DNA from: Octopus sinensis
Taxonomy: Eukaryota
Assembly (NCBI RefSeq): GCF_006345805.1
Contig: NC_043010.1
Span: 66,402,001 to 66,466,000, forward strand
Length of the DNA: 64,000 nucleotides
Direction: 5' to 3'
The notes beneath the pieces were generated by a model. The model was not told the origin of the DNA and did no database searches. It saw only the letters and a program-made list of their open reading frames with translations. Made by a program: the position numbers and the translations under genes. The number at the start of each line of letters is the position of its first letter. Position 1 is the first letter of the stretch. This document shows, piece by piece, positions 37,081-52,030 of this stretch.

Positions 37081-37799
37081 GATTAGGGCAATGCAGGAGG
37101 AGAGAGAGAGAGAGATGTGTATAGGGCAAGCCAGGAAAGAAGAAAGGAATATATGTAGGGTAGGGCTGGAAAAGAGGGATATATTATAGGGTAGGGCAAG
37201 AAATAGGGGATGTGTGTTGGGCAGGGCAGTGCAGGGATAGTGGTCTTTATATAGGCAAGGCAGGTGAGGAGAGATGTGTATAGGGCTAGATAGGACAGAG
37301 GTGTTTATAGGGCAAGGCAAAACAGAGGTGTATAGGGTAAGACAAGTGAAGAGGAGTGTGTATAGGGTTGGGGTGGAAGAGGAATATACCCAAGCCAGGA
37401 ACTTTTCAGTATACCTTTGTGTGTATATATATATATAAAACAGTGTACACAAACACAAAAGAAAACTACCCTTTAACAGGTAATTTTTACATGCTAGAAG
37501 AAGCAGCCAAAATGACCAGAAACCACATTTAATAGCAATTTTCGAAGGAAATGAGAAATTAAAAATTTTTACTTTGTTATTTTTTGCAGTTATACCTAGG
37601 TTTCAAATTTCTTTAGCAAATAAGATAATCTGCTAGGTGAATTCTCATCAGTAACCGGCCTTAACAATTAACTTATAATTCAGAGACAAATAACACATGT
37701 CTCACCATTATATGTTATAATCCTTTAAAATTCAGCGCACAAGCGCAGTTTCAGTCGGCAGTCGGTGATTAATGCCGAGCTGATATATATATATATATA

Positions 37800-38135
37800 T
37801 AGATATATCAAATGGAAATTGTAGTTGTGACACGTAAAAAGCACCGTCCGAATATGGCAGATGCCAGCGCCGCCTGACTGGTGTCCATGTCGGTGACACA
37901 TAAAAGCACCAATCGATCATGGCCGTTTGCCAGCCTCATCTGGCCCCTGTGCCGGTGGCACGTAAAAAGCACCCCACTCACAGAGTGGTTGGCGTTAGGA
38001 AGGGCATCCAGCTGTAGAAACACTGCCAAATCAGACTGGAGCCTGGTGCAGCCTCTATGGCTTACCAGACCCCGGTCGAACCGTCCAACCCATGCTAGCA
38101 TGGAAAACGGATGTTAAATGATGATGATGATGGTA
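37800..38135 (+). mobile_element. Family C (GAT)n-tailed retroposon
   Basis: Internal subrepeats and GAT tail. Confidence 0.75.
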
Positions 38136-38144
38136 ATATATATA

Positions 38145-38364
38145 TATGAGGGGGTGCTGAAATGTTACTGGTTTTAAGGATATCACAAAAAACAGTTGGA
38201 GGCCCAACCAATTGAGTTGCTTTGCAGGGCTTAGAAAAAACTGAAGGACCACTGCAATAAGTGTATGATCCTGAGAAGGGAATATGTGGGATAAAATCAT
38301 AATTAACTGATCCTCCTGTATTTTCTTTTACCCAAAGCCAGGAACTTTTCAGCCCCTTTTCATG
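38145..38364. mobile_element. Tc1/mariner-type MITE
   Basis: TIR TATGAGGGGGTGCTGAAA..CTGGTTT and AAAGCCAGGAACTTTTCAGCCCC; sits in TA context. Confidence 0.7.
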
Positions 38365-38415
38365 TTTACCATTTTATGTACATTTTCTTGTTTATTAAAT
38401 GCTAAAGTGGAGCAT

Positions 38416-38832
38416 ACTCTTTACTCTTTTACTCTTTTACTTGTTTCAGTCATTTGACTGCGGCCATGCTGGAGCACAGCCTTTTAATCGAGCAACTCGA
38501 CCCCGGGACTTATTCTTTTGTAAGCCCAGTACTTATTCTATCGGTCTCTTTTGCCGAACCGCTAAGTAACGGGGACGTAAACACACCAGCATCGGTTGTC
38601 AAGCAATGCTAGGGGGACAAACACAGACACACAAACACACGCACGCATATATATATATGTACATATATACGACGGGCTTCTTTCAGTTTCCGTCTATCAA
38701 ATCCACTCACAAGGCTTTGGTCGGCCCGAGGTTATAGTAGAAGACACTTGCCCAAGGTGCCACGCAGTGGGACTGAACCCGGAACCATGTGGTTGTTAAA
38801 CAAGCTACTTACCACACAGCCACTCCTGCGCC
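38416..38832 (-). mobile_element. Family A SINE, near consensus
   Basis: Complete copy. Confidence 0.9.
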
Positions 38833-39084
38833 ATTTGTAATTTGTTCAAGTGATCCTTTCCAATACTGTTTACTGCAAGTAATTAACTATAACGTTGAAC
38901 ATTTATCACCTGTGAATTTTCCATGGATACCCATTAGTTTTCAGTAAGATTTTCAGCAATAAATATCAATAAATATTGAATATTTTGCTATTTAAGATAC
39001 TTACTGCCAAAAAAAAAAAAGTCCAAAAGACCTCTCCAAAAAAACCCTTGTTTTATATTATCAAAGATTATATATAACACATAT

Positions 39085-40913
<1,829 letters not shown>

Positions 40914-41139
40914 GTTTGCTTCTGAACCATGTGGCAAACATGGTTGGGTGTTTAAGAAGCTCGCTTTGCAATCATGTTGTTTCAGGTTCAGTCCTACTGC
41001 ACAGTACTTTGAGCAAATGCCTTCTAACATATCCCCAGCCTTATGACCCAATGCCTCGTAAGTGAATTTGGCAGGCATAAATTGGAAGAAGCAATTTCTG
41101 TGGAGTCATGTCTAGCTACTTTCTTTGTTTCTTTGACAG

Positions 41140-41347
41140 ATTTTATGAGCAATATTGCAAACCGGGTCACACGTTGGCGTCAGAATGGAAATGGTATTTC
41201 CTCAAGTTCTTCTGACGAATTTCTAGATGCTGTTGATCAGCAGCAGATTGTTAAAACTGAACCAAAGGAACCTTCAACTCCTGTTATTTTGGGCAAACGA
41301 AAATCATCTTCTGTCATCACTGATTCAGGCCTGTCAACATCAAAGCG
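41140..41347 (+). CDS. ARHGAP11A: Coding exon 6 (DFMSNIANRVTRW...TPVILGKRK...SKR)
   Basis: Acceptor tttgacag|, donor CG|gtaatt. Phase 1 in, phase 2 out. Confidence 0.88.
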
Positions 41348-41914
41348 GTAATTCCTCTCAAAAATTATTTTCTTATTTTCTCAGTTCATTTATATATCTG
41401 TGTGTATATATGAACATATATACAAGCCATTCCGTTGGCGATTGCGGCCCGCTCAACATGTGTCCCCTCTGCCGAAAAGGTAATTGTTTCCACGCTTGCT
41501 GATAAGTTGTTTTTGTCTCATTTTGTCTAAAAGTTGTAAGACACCTGTTGTTATCCTGTTTTTAACCATTACTGTTTTCAATTTTGTTTTCGTTTCTTGT
41601 ATTTATATTCGTCTCTGTTGCGTTTACATTCTTTCCTTCTACCAAGAAATCTAATGCCCACAGCTTAGTTTTTTCCTTGGGGCTGGCCGAGTTGCAGCAA
41701 ATATCAGAATTAAACAGCCGAAATTTGCCATGATGATTCGGTTTCTGACTGAAGATTGAAGGCTTCGAATGACTTGTCTGTTTTCCGTGTTCGTCCCTTC
41801 GTGTATTTCACGTTCTTTATATATAAATTTTTATTCCTATATATACATATATATATATCACTCCAGATATTTCGGGCCTTGTTCCTAGAGTAGAAAAGAA
41901 TATTAACCATTAAT

Positions 41915-42280
41915 AAGGCAGTGAGCTGGGTGAAATGCGTAGCGGTGTTTCGTCTGTCTTTACGTTCTGAGTTCAGATTCTGCTGAGGTCGACTTTGCCT
42001 TTCATCCTTTTGGGATCAATAAATTAAGTACCAGTTTTGTACCGGGGTTGATCTAATCAACTGGCTCCCTACCCCCAAATTTAGGGCTTTGTGCCTAGAG
42101 TAGGAAAGAATATCTTGTAAGGGTGGCGAGCTGGCAGAAACGTTAGCATGCTAGGTGAAATGCTTAGTGGTATTTTGTCTGTCTTTACATTCTGAGTTCA
42201 AATTTCACCAAGGTCAAATTTGCCTTTCATCTTTTTGGGGTCGATAAATTAATACCTGTTGCATACTGGTGTCGAAGAAA
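41915..42280 (+). mobile_element. Two tandem family B SINEs
   Basis: Heads at about 41915 and 42121. Confidence 0.75.
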
Positions 42281-42499
42281 TTTTCCTCTGAAAAATTTAT
42301 GGCCAGGCGAGTTGTCTTACTTCGCTTGATAGCTAGGTTTTCCAATTTTGAATTAAAAATTTTGAAAATGTCGACAACTCACCATGGCTTCTGTTCTGGA
42401 GTTCAGGTAGCCCCCTGGCTCATGTGAGTTCATAAGGATTATATATTTTTCTGCCAAAAATCTTATACGGACCTTTATGGGCCATATGGACCCCAGTCG

Positions 42500-43262
42500 A
42501 GAACCACTAGGTTAGATGGTTTGACTGGAACTGGTAAACCAGAGAGCTGTACCAAATTCCAGTCTGATTTGACTGGGTTTCTATTGCTGGATGCCCTTCC
42601 TAACATCAATCACTCCAAGAGTGTAGTGGGTGCTTTTTATGTGCCACCGATACAGATGCTTTTATGTGCCACTGGTTAAACTCACACTTCTTTACTTTGG
42701 TCCTTAAAGCTATTAGCAAGGAGTTAAGGACCAAATGCCTGTGCAAACTTTGCGTATGCAGATAACCTGATATTCATCTCAAAAATCATTTCAAGAATTT
42801 TGAAAAAAATTTTTGTGAGAAAGCGAAATTAAATTCGATGACTGGCATCTATGCTAGTGGAGCACTAAGAGCAGCATCCAAGTGTGATTGTTGCTAGAGC
42901 AGCTAACTGGCGTTCGTGCTAGTGGCACATAAAAAAGCATCATTCGAGCGTGATCGTTACCAGCGTCGCCTTACTGGCACTTGTGCCAGTGTGACGTAAA
43001 AAAAACCCAAAAAAAACACGATTTTCCGTGACCTTTGCCAGTACTGCCTGACTGGCCCTCGTGCCACTTGCATGTAAAAGCACCCACTACACTCTCAGAG
43101 TGGTTGGCGTTAGGAAGGGCATCCAGCTGTAGAAACTCTGCCAAATCAAGATTGGAGCCTGGTGCAGCCATCTGGTTTGCCAGTCCTCAGTCAAATCGTC
43201 CATGGTAGCATGGAAAGTGGACATTAAATGACGATGATAATGATGATGATGATGATGATGAT
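42500..43262 (+). mobile_element. Family C retroposon pieces ending in (GAT)n just before exon 7
   Basis: Family C motifs; GAT tail at 43229-43263. Confidence 0.7.
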
Positions 43263-43298
43263 GAATATAATTAAATTATTATTTGTTTTAACTTACAG

Positions 43299-43360
43299 CA
43301 AAGCCAGAATACTTGGTGACCAACAGCTTCTTCCAAGTACTCCTCGTTTAGAGGTCAAAG
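43299..43360 (+). CDS. ARHGAP11A: Coding exon 7 (KARILGDQQLLPSTPRLEVK)
   Basis: Acceptor acttacag|, donor G|gtaagc. 62 nt, phase 2 to 1. LLPS motif. Confidence 0.85.
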
Positions 43361-43478
43361 GTAAGCAACATTCAGTTTAAATGAATTATCTTTCTCAGCT
43401 ATTTACATTTCTTATTCAATCCCTCCACTCCTTATTAGGGTATAGAACACATCTTCTATCTTTCGTTTTTGGATTTGG

Positions 43479-43833
43479 TTTGCAAGATTCTTTATATGAG
43501 TTCGTGTGTTGAAGCATATTCTGTTGTGTCTGGGGAGAGTCATTTTCTTTTTGTGCCTTTTAATGTAACACACTCACCGGTAAAATTTCCCCTTTTTTTC
43601 TTATTTTTATTTTCCTAAAATTTTCGTTGCATCTTGCACACACTGACCCACACACATGCACACAAACAAACAAAAAGGAATGCAGTGTAACTAACGAACA
43701 GTCAAGACTATTGAAAAGGTTGCAAGATGCAACGAAAATTTTAGGACAATAAAAATAAGAAATAAGTGGAAATTTTACCGATGAGTGTGTTACATTATAA
43801 GGCACAAAAAGAAAATGACTCTCCCCAGACACA
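43479..43833. mobile_element. Foldback MITE, copy 2 (arms 43525-43638 and 43721-43833)
   Basis: Same family as 33266-33581 in the opposite orientation, with an 82-nt spacer. Confidence 0.88.
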
Positions 43834-44086
43834 TCTTTTATCCTTTATCTTTTCCTTGTTTCAGTCATTAGACTATGGCCATGCTGGGGCACTGCCTCGA
43901 AGAATTTTAGCTGAAGTAATCAACCCCAGTACTTTCTTGTGTTTTTAGCCTGGTACTTATTCTATTGATCTCTTTTGTCGAACTGCTAAGTTGCAGAGAT
44001 GTAAACACACCAACACTGGTTGTCAAGTGGTGGTGGGGAACTAACACAGACATTAAGTCACACACACACAAACATATACATATACA

Positions 44087-44559
44087 TATGAAGGGGTGCT
44101 GAAAAGTTCTTGGCTTTGGGTAAAAGAAAATACAGGAGGATCAGTTAATTATGATTTTATTCACCATGAGCTGGCACAAACGTTAGCACACTGAGCGAAA
44201 TGCTTAGCGGTATTTCGTCTACCGCTACATTCTGAGTTCAAATTCCGCCAAGGTCGACTTTTTCTTTACTACACTCACGGAGTGGTTGGTGTTAAGAAGG
44301 GCATCCAGCTGTAGAAACATTGCCAGATAGGACTGGAGCCTGGTGCAGCCTTCTGGCTTCCCAGACACCCAGTCGAACCATCCAACCCATGCTAGCATGG
44401 AGAACGGACGTTAAACGATGATGATGATGATGATGATGATTCCCCTCTCAGTGGTCCTTCAGTTTTTCTAAGCCATGTAAAAGAACTCAGAAGGTTGGGT
44501 CTCCAACCAGGCCTTATGTAATACCCTTAAAGCCAGGAACTTTTCAGCAACCTCTCGTA
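44087..44559. mobile_element. Tc1/mariner MITE with nested family B and C fragments
   Basis: Same TIRs as 38145-38364. Confidence 0.75.
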
Positions 44560-44596
44560 TATTTGTTTATACATACACATATACATATATATATAT

Positions 44597-44643
<47 letters not shown>

Positions 44644-44779
44644 TATACATATATATACACACACACACATATATATAATACACACACACACATACACACA
44701 TACATATGTGTGTGTATACACGGTACTAAAATGTTTTTTATTATAAAATTATTTTAGCATTTTGTACCTTGCCTTTTTA

Positions 44780-44814
<35 letters not shown>

Positions 44815-45062
44815 AAATTGAATAAGGGTAGAAATTGATATTAATCAATTAAAACCAGTGGCCTAGCATATTAAAAAAATCCGAAGATTAAAATATTTTT
44901 TACAAGTAAAAAATATTCTAATCTCCTTTAAATTTTGTATGTAAAATATATATATATATGTAAGCATATATACACACACACATATATGAATGATCTCCTA
45001 TCTTAATGTAATAGTACTTGAATCTGACCCTTATATTTCCTTGTTCTCTGATTTTTTTTCAG

Positions 45063-45108
45063 CAAAACCTGCAACTCGAAGGTCCAGATCACTTGACCCA
45101 ACAAATAG
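45063..45108 (+). CDS. ARHGAP11A: Coding exon 8, 46-nt exon (AKPATRRSRSLDPTN)
   Basis: Acceptor ttttttcag|, donor AG|gtactt. Its inclusion is required to keep exons 9 and 10 in frame. Confidence 0.75.
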
Positions 45109-45473
45109 GTACTTTCTTTTATCTTCTATCTTCTACTTGTTTTAGTCATTGGACTCTCAGCCCCAGCTGGGATAACACCTTCAAGGGTCTATTGAAGCAA
45201 ATCGATCCTGCTACTTACTTTTTAAGCCTGGTGTATTCTGTCCCTGCCCACACATGCATGTATAGATGTATAGACACACACACACACCATCATCAATTTT
45301 TGCACAATTTGACAGGATCTGATGAACTGGAGGGCCACATCATGCTCCGAAGTCTGCTTCAGCATAGTTTCTATTGCTGGATGTTCTTCTTGATACTAAT
45401 CACCTTAGAGAGTGTCCTGGATATTTTAACTATGGCACCAGCATTACTGAGATCACTTTGCAACTTTCAAGAG

Positions 45474-48361
45474 TTTATATAAACAAATGACACATCTCAT
45501 AAATTACAGCTGTTTCAACTCCATTAATACAAAAAAGTTTTTCAAGAATAATAAAATATCGTTTAAATTTAATGAGGTTTCATCAGATGGACATATCTTC
45601 TTAAATATTTCATGAAAAATAGCAATATTGCTATTTTTCATGAGATAATTAAGAAAATATGTCTATCTGATGAAATCTCAGTTCTAAATTATATTTATAT
45701 ATTGATTTTATATATAGAGATAAACTGTATGTTTATTCTATTTATTTACCTGTTTGTTAAGATCAATAGTTTATAACATTGTTATTGATATAATAAGCTA
45801 AAATAAGGCTCACAGGGGACCCTTATAATTGCAGGAGAATAGGAGAAGGGTTGTGATGAATCTGGATAGGATGATGAGAGGAACAGACTTATAGTCATAG
45901 AGGGTGTTAGTCAGGGCTGGATTAAGACCCATAGAGGCCCTAAGCATTTAAAGATTTTGGTGCCTCCATACAGATATACTTATATAATTCAAAATATAAA
46001 CAATAAAAAAACACAAAATAAATTTATATTTTTCAAAATGAAACAAAAGTAACAGTAAGACGTAAAATAACATTAGTTTTGTCTGCTTCTATTTTATATT
46101 TGTTTCTTCCTGCATTTTTTAATTGCAGATTAAAAGTCTTTGATCAGATCCTCAAAATAAATCTTACATAACACATCTGCTTCCCCAATGCTTAATAGGG
46201 ATAAAGCATCCCGAATATTATTTTAGCAATTTAAACTGGCCATATCCGGCACAAATATTCTGCCTGATATATTATATATTGATAAACTGTATGTTTATTC
46301 TGTTTATTTACCTGTTTGTTAAGATCAGTAGTTCATAACATTGTTATTGACTTAGGTAAAAAAAACAATCCAATAAATTCTTCGGATATTTAATATTCCT
46401 TAGGTGGTTATTTAACACCTACCTAAAATATATATATATCCGGCACAGATATTCTGTCTATCTTATGTTTAAACTAACCAGATCCAGCCTTGCTCACCTA
46501 CCCTACAATATCATTCTGAAAATAGGCTATCATATCAATAAAATCTCGAAGATATGAGACTATGTGAATATATTGTGACCTCCTTCGGTCATGAATGACT
46601 ATGAGATTGCACCTAGAAAGTTACTCTCCGTGGCACAAGTCTGGGCAAGGTTGTTTATGGAAGACCGGCAGTCACCTATGTATAGCAACCTTCCCTCTCC
46701 ATGCCACCGATGTTATCCAAGGGAAAGGCAAAGGATGATACAACTTGGCACCAGTGACGTCGCAGCTCATTTATTAACGTGCAAGTGGCTGAGCACTCAA
46801 CAGATATGTGTACCCTTAACGTATTTCTTGGGTAGATTCAGTGTGACTCAGAGTGTGACAAAGCTGGCCCTTTGAAATACAGGTGCAACAGAAACAGGAA
46901 GAAAGAGTGAGAGAAAGTTGTGTTGAAAGAGTACAGCAGGGTTCACCACCATCCCCTGCTGGAGCCTCGTGGAGGTTTAGGTGTTATCGCTCAATAAACA
47001 CTCACAATGCCTAGTCTGGAAATTGAAACCGCGATCCTACAACCGCGAGTCCGCTGCCCTAACCATTGGGTCATTGCGCCTCCACATCTGAATAAATAAA
47101 TAAGCATATTTTACAGAGTAATCTGAATGCTAAATGGTTAAAGTGATTTCATTTCTGCTATAAAATAGTTACCATTTCTGTGGTGTTCCGTTTCTCTTGA
47201 TAACCAAAGCACAAGCTTGATTTGATTATTGGTTATTCCAGCATTGGTGTTAATAGAGAACATAACAGGGTGGACAGTAATGGGAGAGGAAGTATGAAAG
47301 GGACGGAGAAAAAGGGATGGGATTAGTGAAAAAGGGAGGGACAGTGGTAAGGGTGATGAGGTAGGCTGTTGTCGGAAGATTAAGGGCTGTTCCAAATGGT
47401 CAAGAATGGTTGGAAGGTGTGAGGGGAAGGGAACATGAGAAAAGTTGATGAGAGTAGTGAGGGTCCAGAAAGACTCAGTGCCAAACTAAACAAAAGGGAC
47501 ACATAAGGAAATAGGGAAGATCCTTTATAAAAAGGGTCAAACTTGAACACAGTTGTTTCTTTAACATAATATATTTGAAAGAAATATATATGGACTTGGT
47601 TAAAAAGAGATGATCAATAATTGCTATAATATTAAGCAAAACCTAATAACCAGTTGATCTAGCAGGTGGGGCCTCATTTCAGTGAGGGGCAGGGGCTGGT
47701 GCACAATGATACTGTTGAGAGATAGGCCCTAAAATGGTGTACGTTCTCTCCTGACAACCCTATAAACATGCTGGTATCCAGTGTGCAGAGTTTTCAACTG
47801 GTAGCACTTGCAAAACATATATATAATATATATGATATGATATGTGTGTGTGTGTATATATATATACACTCACACATACATACATATATATATATATATT
47901 TTAGGTAGGTGTTAAATAACCACCTAAGGAATATTAAATATCTGAAGAATTTATTGGTTTTTTTTTTTTACCTGTATCAATAACAATGTTATGACCTATT
48001 GATCTTAACAAACAGGTAAATAAACAGAATAAACATACAGTTTATCAATATATAAATATAATTTCCCAGACCCCAGTTGAACAGTCCAACCCATGCTAGC
48101 ATGGAAAATGGATGTTAAACGATGATGATGATGATGATGATGATGATGATAGAACTGAGATTTCATCAGATAGACATATTTTCTTAAATATCTCATGAAA
48201 AATTGCAATATTGCTATTTTTCATGAGATATTTAAGAAGATATGTCCATCTGATGAAACCTCATTAAATTTAAACGATATTTTATTATTCTTGAAAACTT
48301 TTTTTTATTAATGGAGTTGAAACAACTGTAATTTATAAGATGTGTCATTTGTTTATATAAA
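45474..48361. repeat. Inverted copies of an AT-rich unclassified repeat (45474-45790 and 46275-46435 versus 47893-48361)
   Basis: Direct reverse-complement match; internal 98-bp palindrome at 45578-45675. Confidence 0.85.
46886..47083 (-). mobile_element. Family D SINE
   Basis: Reverse complement of the 30755 head. Confidence 0.75.
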
Positions 48362-48570
48362 ATAATAAAACTGAATTTATCATTTAATGACTAAATTATT
48401 TAATTGTTCAATTTATCGTTTTGATTTCCATTTCTGATTTATATATATATATATATAGGAACACATATATATGTATGTATGTGTGTGTGTGCGTGTGTTT
48501 TTATATCTATATATATGCCTCTATGTATACATATATGTACAAGTGGTTATTTAACACCTACCTAAAATAC

Positions 48571-48646
<76 letters not shown>

Positions 48647-48787
48647 TATCATATATATTATATATATGTTTATACATATAATTTATCTCTCTATCTATCC
48701 ATCTCTTTCTTTCCCTCTCTCTCTCTTTCTTTCTCTGTCTCTCTCTCTTCTCTCCCTACACACACACATATATATATATATTATATA

Positions 48788-48818
<31 letters not shown>

Positions 48819-48947
48819 CTGGGAACAAGTAAGGGTTGGTTGGTATAATAAAAGGGCACCCAACCATAGAACACTATTTCAAGAAGACTTGTCCAACTGA
48901 TACCAGAATAGAAAGTGTGATCATTAAGCTGCTGCTGCTGCTGATGG

Positions 48948-48983
<36 letters not shown>

Positions 48984-49114
48984 ATGTAATTTCAACTCTT
49001 AGATGCTCATTCCATGCCACTCACTACTTTTGTGTTTAGTTGACGGAAATCGGTTCAGCTTGTGGTTGTTGTTATTGTTTTTTTTTTTTACTATTCTCCT
49101 TCTTCCTACCACAG

Positions 49115-49190
49115 ACTCCAGATGTCTCCATCGAAAAAAGTCAAAAACAAGCCTTTCTTCCAGTCCTTGTATTCTTCAAAAAATTCCAAA
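49115..49190 (+). CDS. ARHGAP11A: Coding exon 9 (RLQMSPSKKVKNKPFFQSLYSSKNSK)
   Basis: Long pyrimidine tract then accacag|, donor AAA|gtaagt. Phase 2 to 0. Confidence 0.82.
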
Positions 49191-49253
49191 GTAAGTTTGG
49201 TTGCAAATAACATTTTGTTCTTTTCATTTTTCTTTTATCATTATTATTATTAT

Positions 49254-49420
49254 TTTTCCCTTTTAATGCAAGTTTTTGTTGGAACTCCTGATGTCTTGCA
49301 TGTGTAACAGGCTTGCTGCCTGCAGCCTACGGTACCATGCTATCCATTCTTTAATACTTTCCTGATTATTCTGGCTGTGTCAAGGAGGCAAACCTTTTCT
49401 AACAGTTTTACTGGACATTT
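49254..49420 (-). mobile_element. R4/Dong-clade LINE 3' fragment in an (AAT)n tract
   Basis: LLEKVCLLDTARIIRKVLKNG*; flanked by (AAT)n/(AAC)n. Confidence 0.7.
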
Positions 49421-49421
49421 A

Positions 49422-49465
<44 letters not shown>

Positions 49466-49503
49466 GTTTTTGTTGTTGTTGTTGTTATTGTTGTTGTTGT
49501 TGC

Positions 49504-49534
<31 letters not shown>

Positions 49535-49551
49535 ATTGTTGTTGTTACTAA

Positions 49552-49787
49552 GGTGTTGAGCTGGTAGAATTGTTAGCATGCTGGGCAAAATGCTTAGTGA
49601 TATTTTGTTTGCCACTATGTTCTGAGTTCAAATACTGCTGAGGTCGACTTTGCCTTTCATCCTTTCAGAGTCGATAAAGTAAGTACCAGTTGAACACTGG
49701 GGTTGATGTAATTGACTCATCTCCACCTTCCCCAAGCTACCCTTGTGGAAAAAATTTGAAATAACAATAATAATAATAATAATAATA

Positions 49788-49823
<36 letters not shown>

Positions 49824-50895
49824 GTTATTAAGGTGGTGAGCTGGTGGAATCTTTAGTATGTTGGGCGAAATGCTTACCGGTATTTTGTCTACCGCTACAT
49901 TCTGAGTTCAAACTCCGCTGAGGTTGACTTTTCCTTTCATCCTTTCAGGGTCGATAAATTAAGTACCAGTTGAGTACTGGGGTCGATGTAATCAACTTAA
50001 CCCATCTCCTAAAATTTCAGGCCTTGTGCCCAGAGTAGAAAGGGTTATTATTATTATTATTATTATCATTATTCAAATGTGGTCGTTACCAGCGTCGCCT
50101 TACTGGCACTTGTGCCGGTGGCACGTGAAAAAACATTCGAGCGAGGTTGTTGCCAGTGCTGCTGGACTGGCTCCTATGCAGGTAGCACGTATAAAATACT
50201 ACTTGAGCATGGCCGTTGCCAGTACCACCTGACTGGCCCTCGTGCCAGTGGCACATAAAAGCACCCACTACACTCTCGAAGGGGTTGGCGTTAGGAAGGG
50301 CATCCAGCTGTAGAAACTCTGCCAGATCAAGATTGGAGCCTGGTGCAGTCATCTGGTTCGTCAGTCCTTTATCAAATCAACCAACCTATGCTAGCATGGA
50401 AAGCGGATGTTAAACAATAATGATGACGATGATGAATATTAAGGTGGCAAGGTGGTAGAATCGTTAGCATACTGGGTGAAATGCTTAGCAGCATTTCATC
50501 TGTCTTTATGTTCTGTGTTCAAGTTCCACCGAGATAGACTTCGCCTTTCATCCTTTCAGGGTCAATAAAATAAATACCAGTTGAACACTGGGTTTGATGT
50601 AATCGACTCATCCTCTTCCTACAAAAGTTACTGCCTTTGAGGCAAAATTTGAAACCATTATTATCATTGTTGTTGTTGTTGTTGTTAAGGCAGGGAGGTG
50701 GCAGAATTGATAGCACAGTGGACAAAATACTTAGCAGTCTGTCTTTGTGTTCTGAGTTCAAATTCCACCGAGGCTGACTTTGCTGTTTATCCTTTCGGGG
50801 TCAATGAAACAAGAACCAGTTGAGAGCTGATGTCAATGTAATCGACTCGACCCCCTCCCCATAAAAATTTCAAGCCTTGTGCTTCTAGCAAAAAG
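49552..50895 (+). mobile_element. Cluster of at least 4 family B SINEs plus family C, separated by (TAT)n/(TGT)n tracts
   Basis: Heads at about 49552, 49831, 50441 and 50688. Confidence 0.75.
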
Positions 50896-51019
50896 GATTA
50901 TATTATATCATATTATATTACAGTACTGGAACAATTATCCTGCAAACCTTAAGTGTCCCAGATTTCTTAGTTTTTCTGGTTTTCGGGAGACAGTCTAAAT
51001 ATTTACTTAAAATATAAAT

Positions 51020-52030
51020 TGCCAGCCTCGCCTGGCCCCCGTGCCGGTGGCACGTAAAAGCACCATCCGTTCGTGGCCATTTGCCAGCTCCGTCTGGATC
51101 CTGTGCGGGTGGCACGTAAAAGGCACCCACTACACTCGCAGAGTGGTTGGCGTTAGGAAGGGCATCCAGCCGTAGAAACACTGCCAGATCAGACTGGGCC
51201 TGATGCAGCCTTCTGGCTTCACAGACCCCAGTTGAACCGTCCAACCCATGCTAGCATGGAAAACGGACGTTAAATGATGATGATAAAATAAACTAGGAAA
51301 AATAGAGCTAAATTGTATTTAACAGATTCAAATTAATAACATTTCTGAAGCAGAGTCTGCTCGATATTTATTAATCCACTTCAAATTCTTAAAATAAATA
51401 TATCATACTGCACCACACACATGTAGTATAATGTTTACAAGATGGAAAATTAAATAAAGAAAAGTAAAGAACATGATTTTATTTAATAGATTCGTGAACA
51501 AATTAATACACTTGTTAAGCAGAGTGTATTTAATCTTTATTGATCCACTTGAAATAGTAAAGAACAAGACTATTTTTAACGCATCATATGCAAATTAACC
51601 ATTTTCAGAAACAGGGTCTGTTTACTCAATACAGGGTACAGTAGTATTGGTTTCTAGTTTTGGCACAAGGCCAACACTTTCAGAGGAAGGGGTTAGTTGA
51701 TTACATCGACCCCCTGTACTCATCATCATCATCATCATCATCATCATCGTTTAACGTCCGTTTTCCATGCTGGCATGGGTTGGACGGTTTGACTGGGGAC
51801 TGGCAAGCCAGGAGGCTGCACCAGGCTCCAATCTGATCTGGCAGAGTTTCTACAGCTGGATGGCCTTCCTAACGCCAACCAGTCCTAGAGTGTAGTGGGT
51901 GTTTTTTACATGTCACCAGCATGGGAGCCAGTCAGGCAGTACTGGCATCGGTCATGTTCTGATGGTGCTTTTTATGTGCCACCAGCATGGGGAGCCAATC
52001 AGGTGGCACTGGCAATGACCCACACATGAA
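51020..52030. mobile_element. Family C copies in opposite orientation (51020-51285 plus, 51720-52030 minus)
   Basis: Family C motifs with GAT and ATC tails. Confidence 0.7.

Noticed and set aside
41749-41775. Hammerhead ribozyme-like CTGAAGA...GAA motif (also 40444-40472)
   Set aside because: The core reads GAAT rather than GAAA and I could not build convincing stems I and II. An Infernal search of the family consensus would settle it.
49115-49190. Exon 9 read as DSRCLHRKKSKTSLSSSP (ORF 49003 frame)
   Set aside because: That frame ends in phase 2 and cannot join exon 10. Including exon 8 gives the consistent frame.
50918-51010. Possible RLE-type LINE C-terminus (KYLDCLP...GTLKVCRII)
   Set aside because: Similarity is too weak and too short to call.
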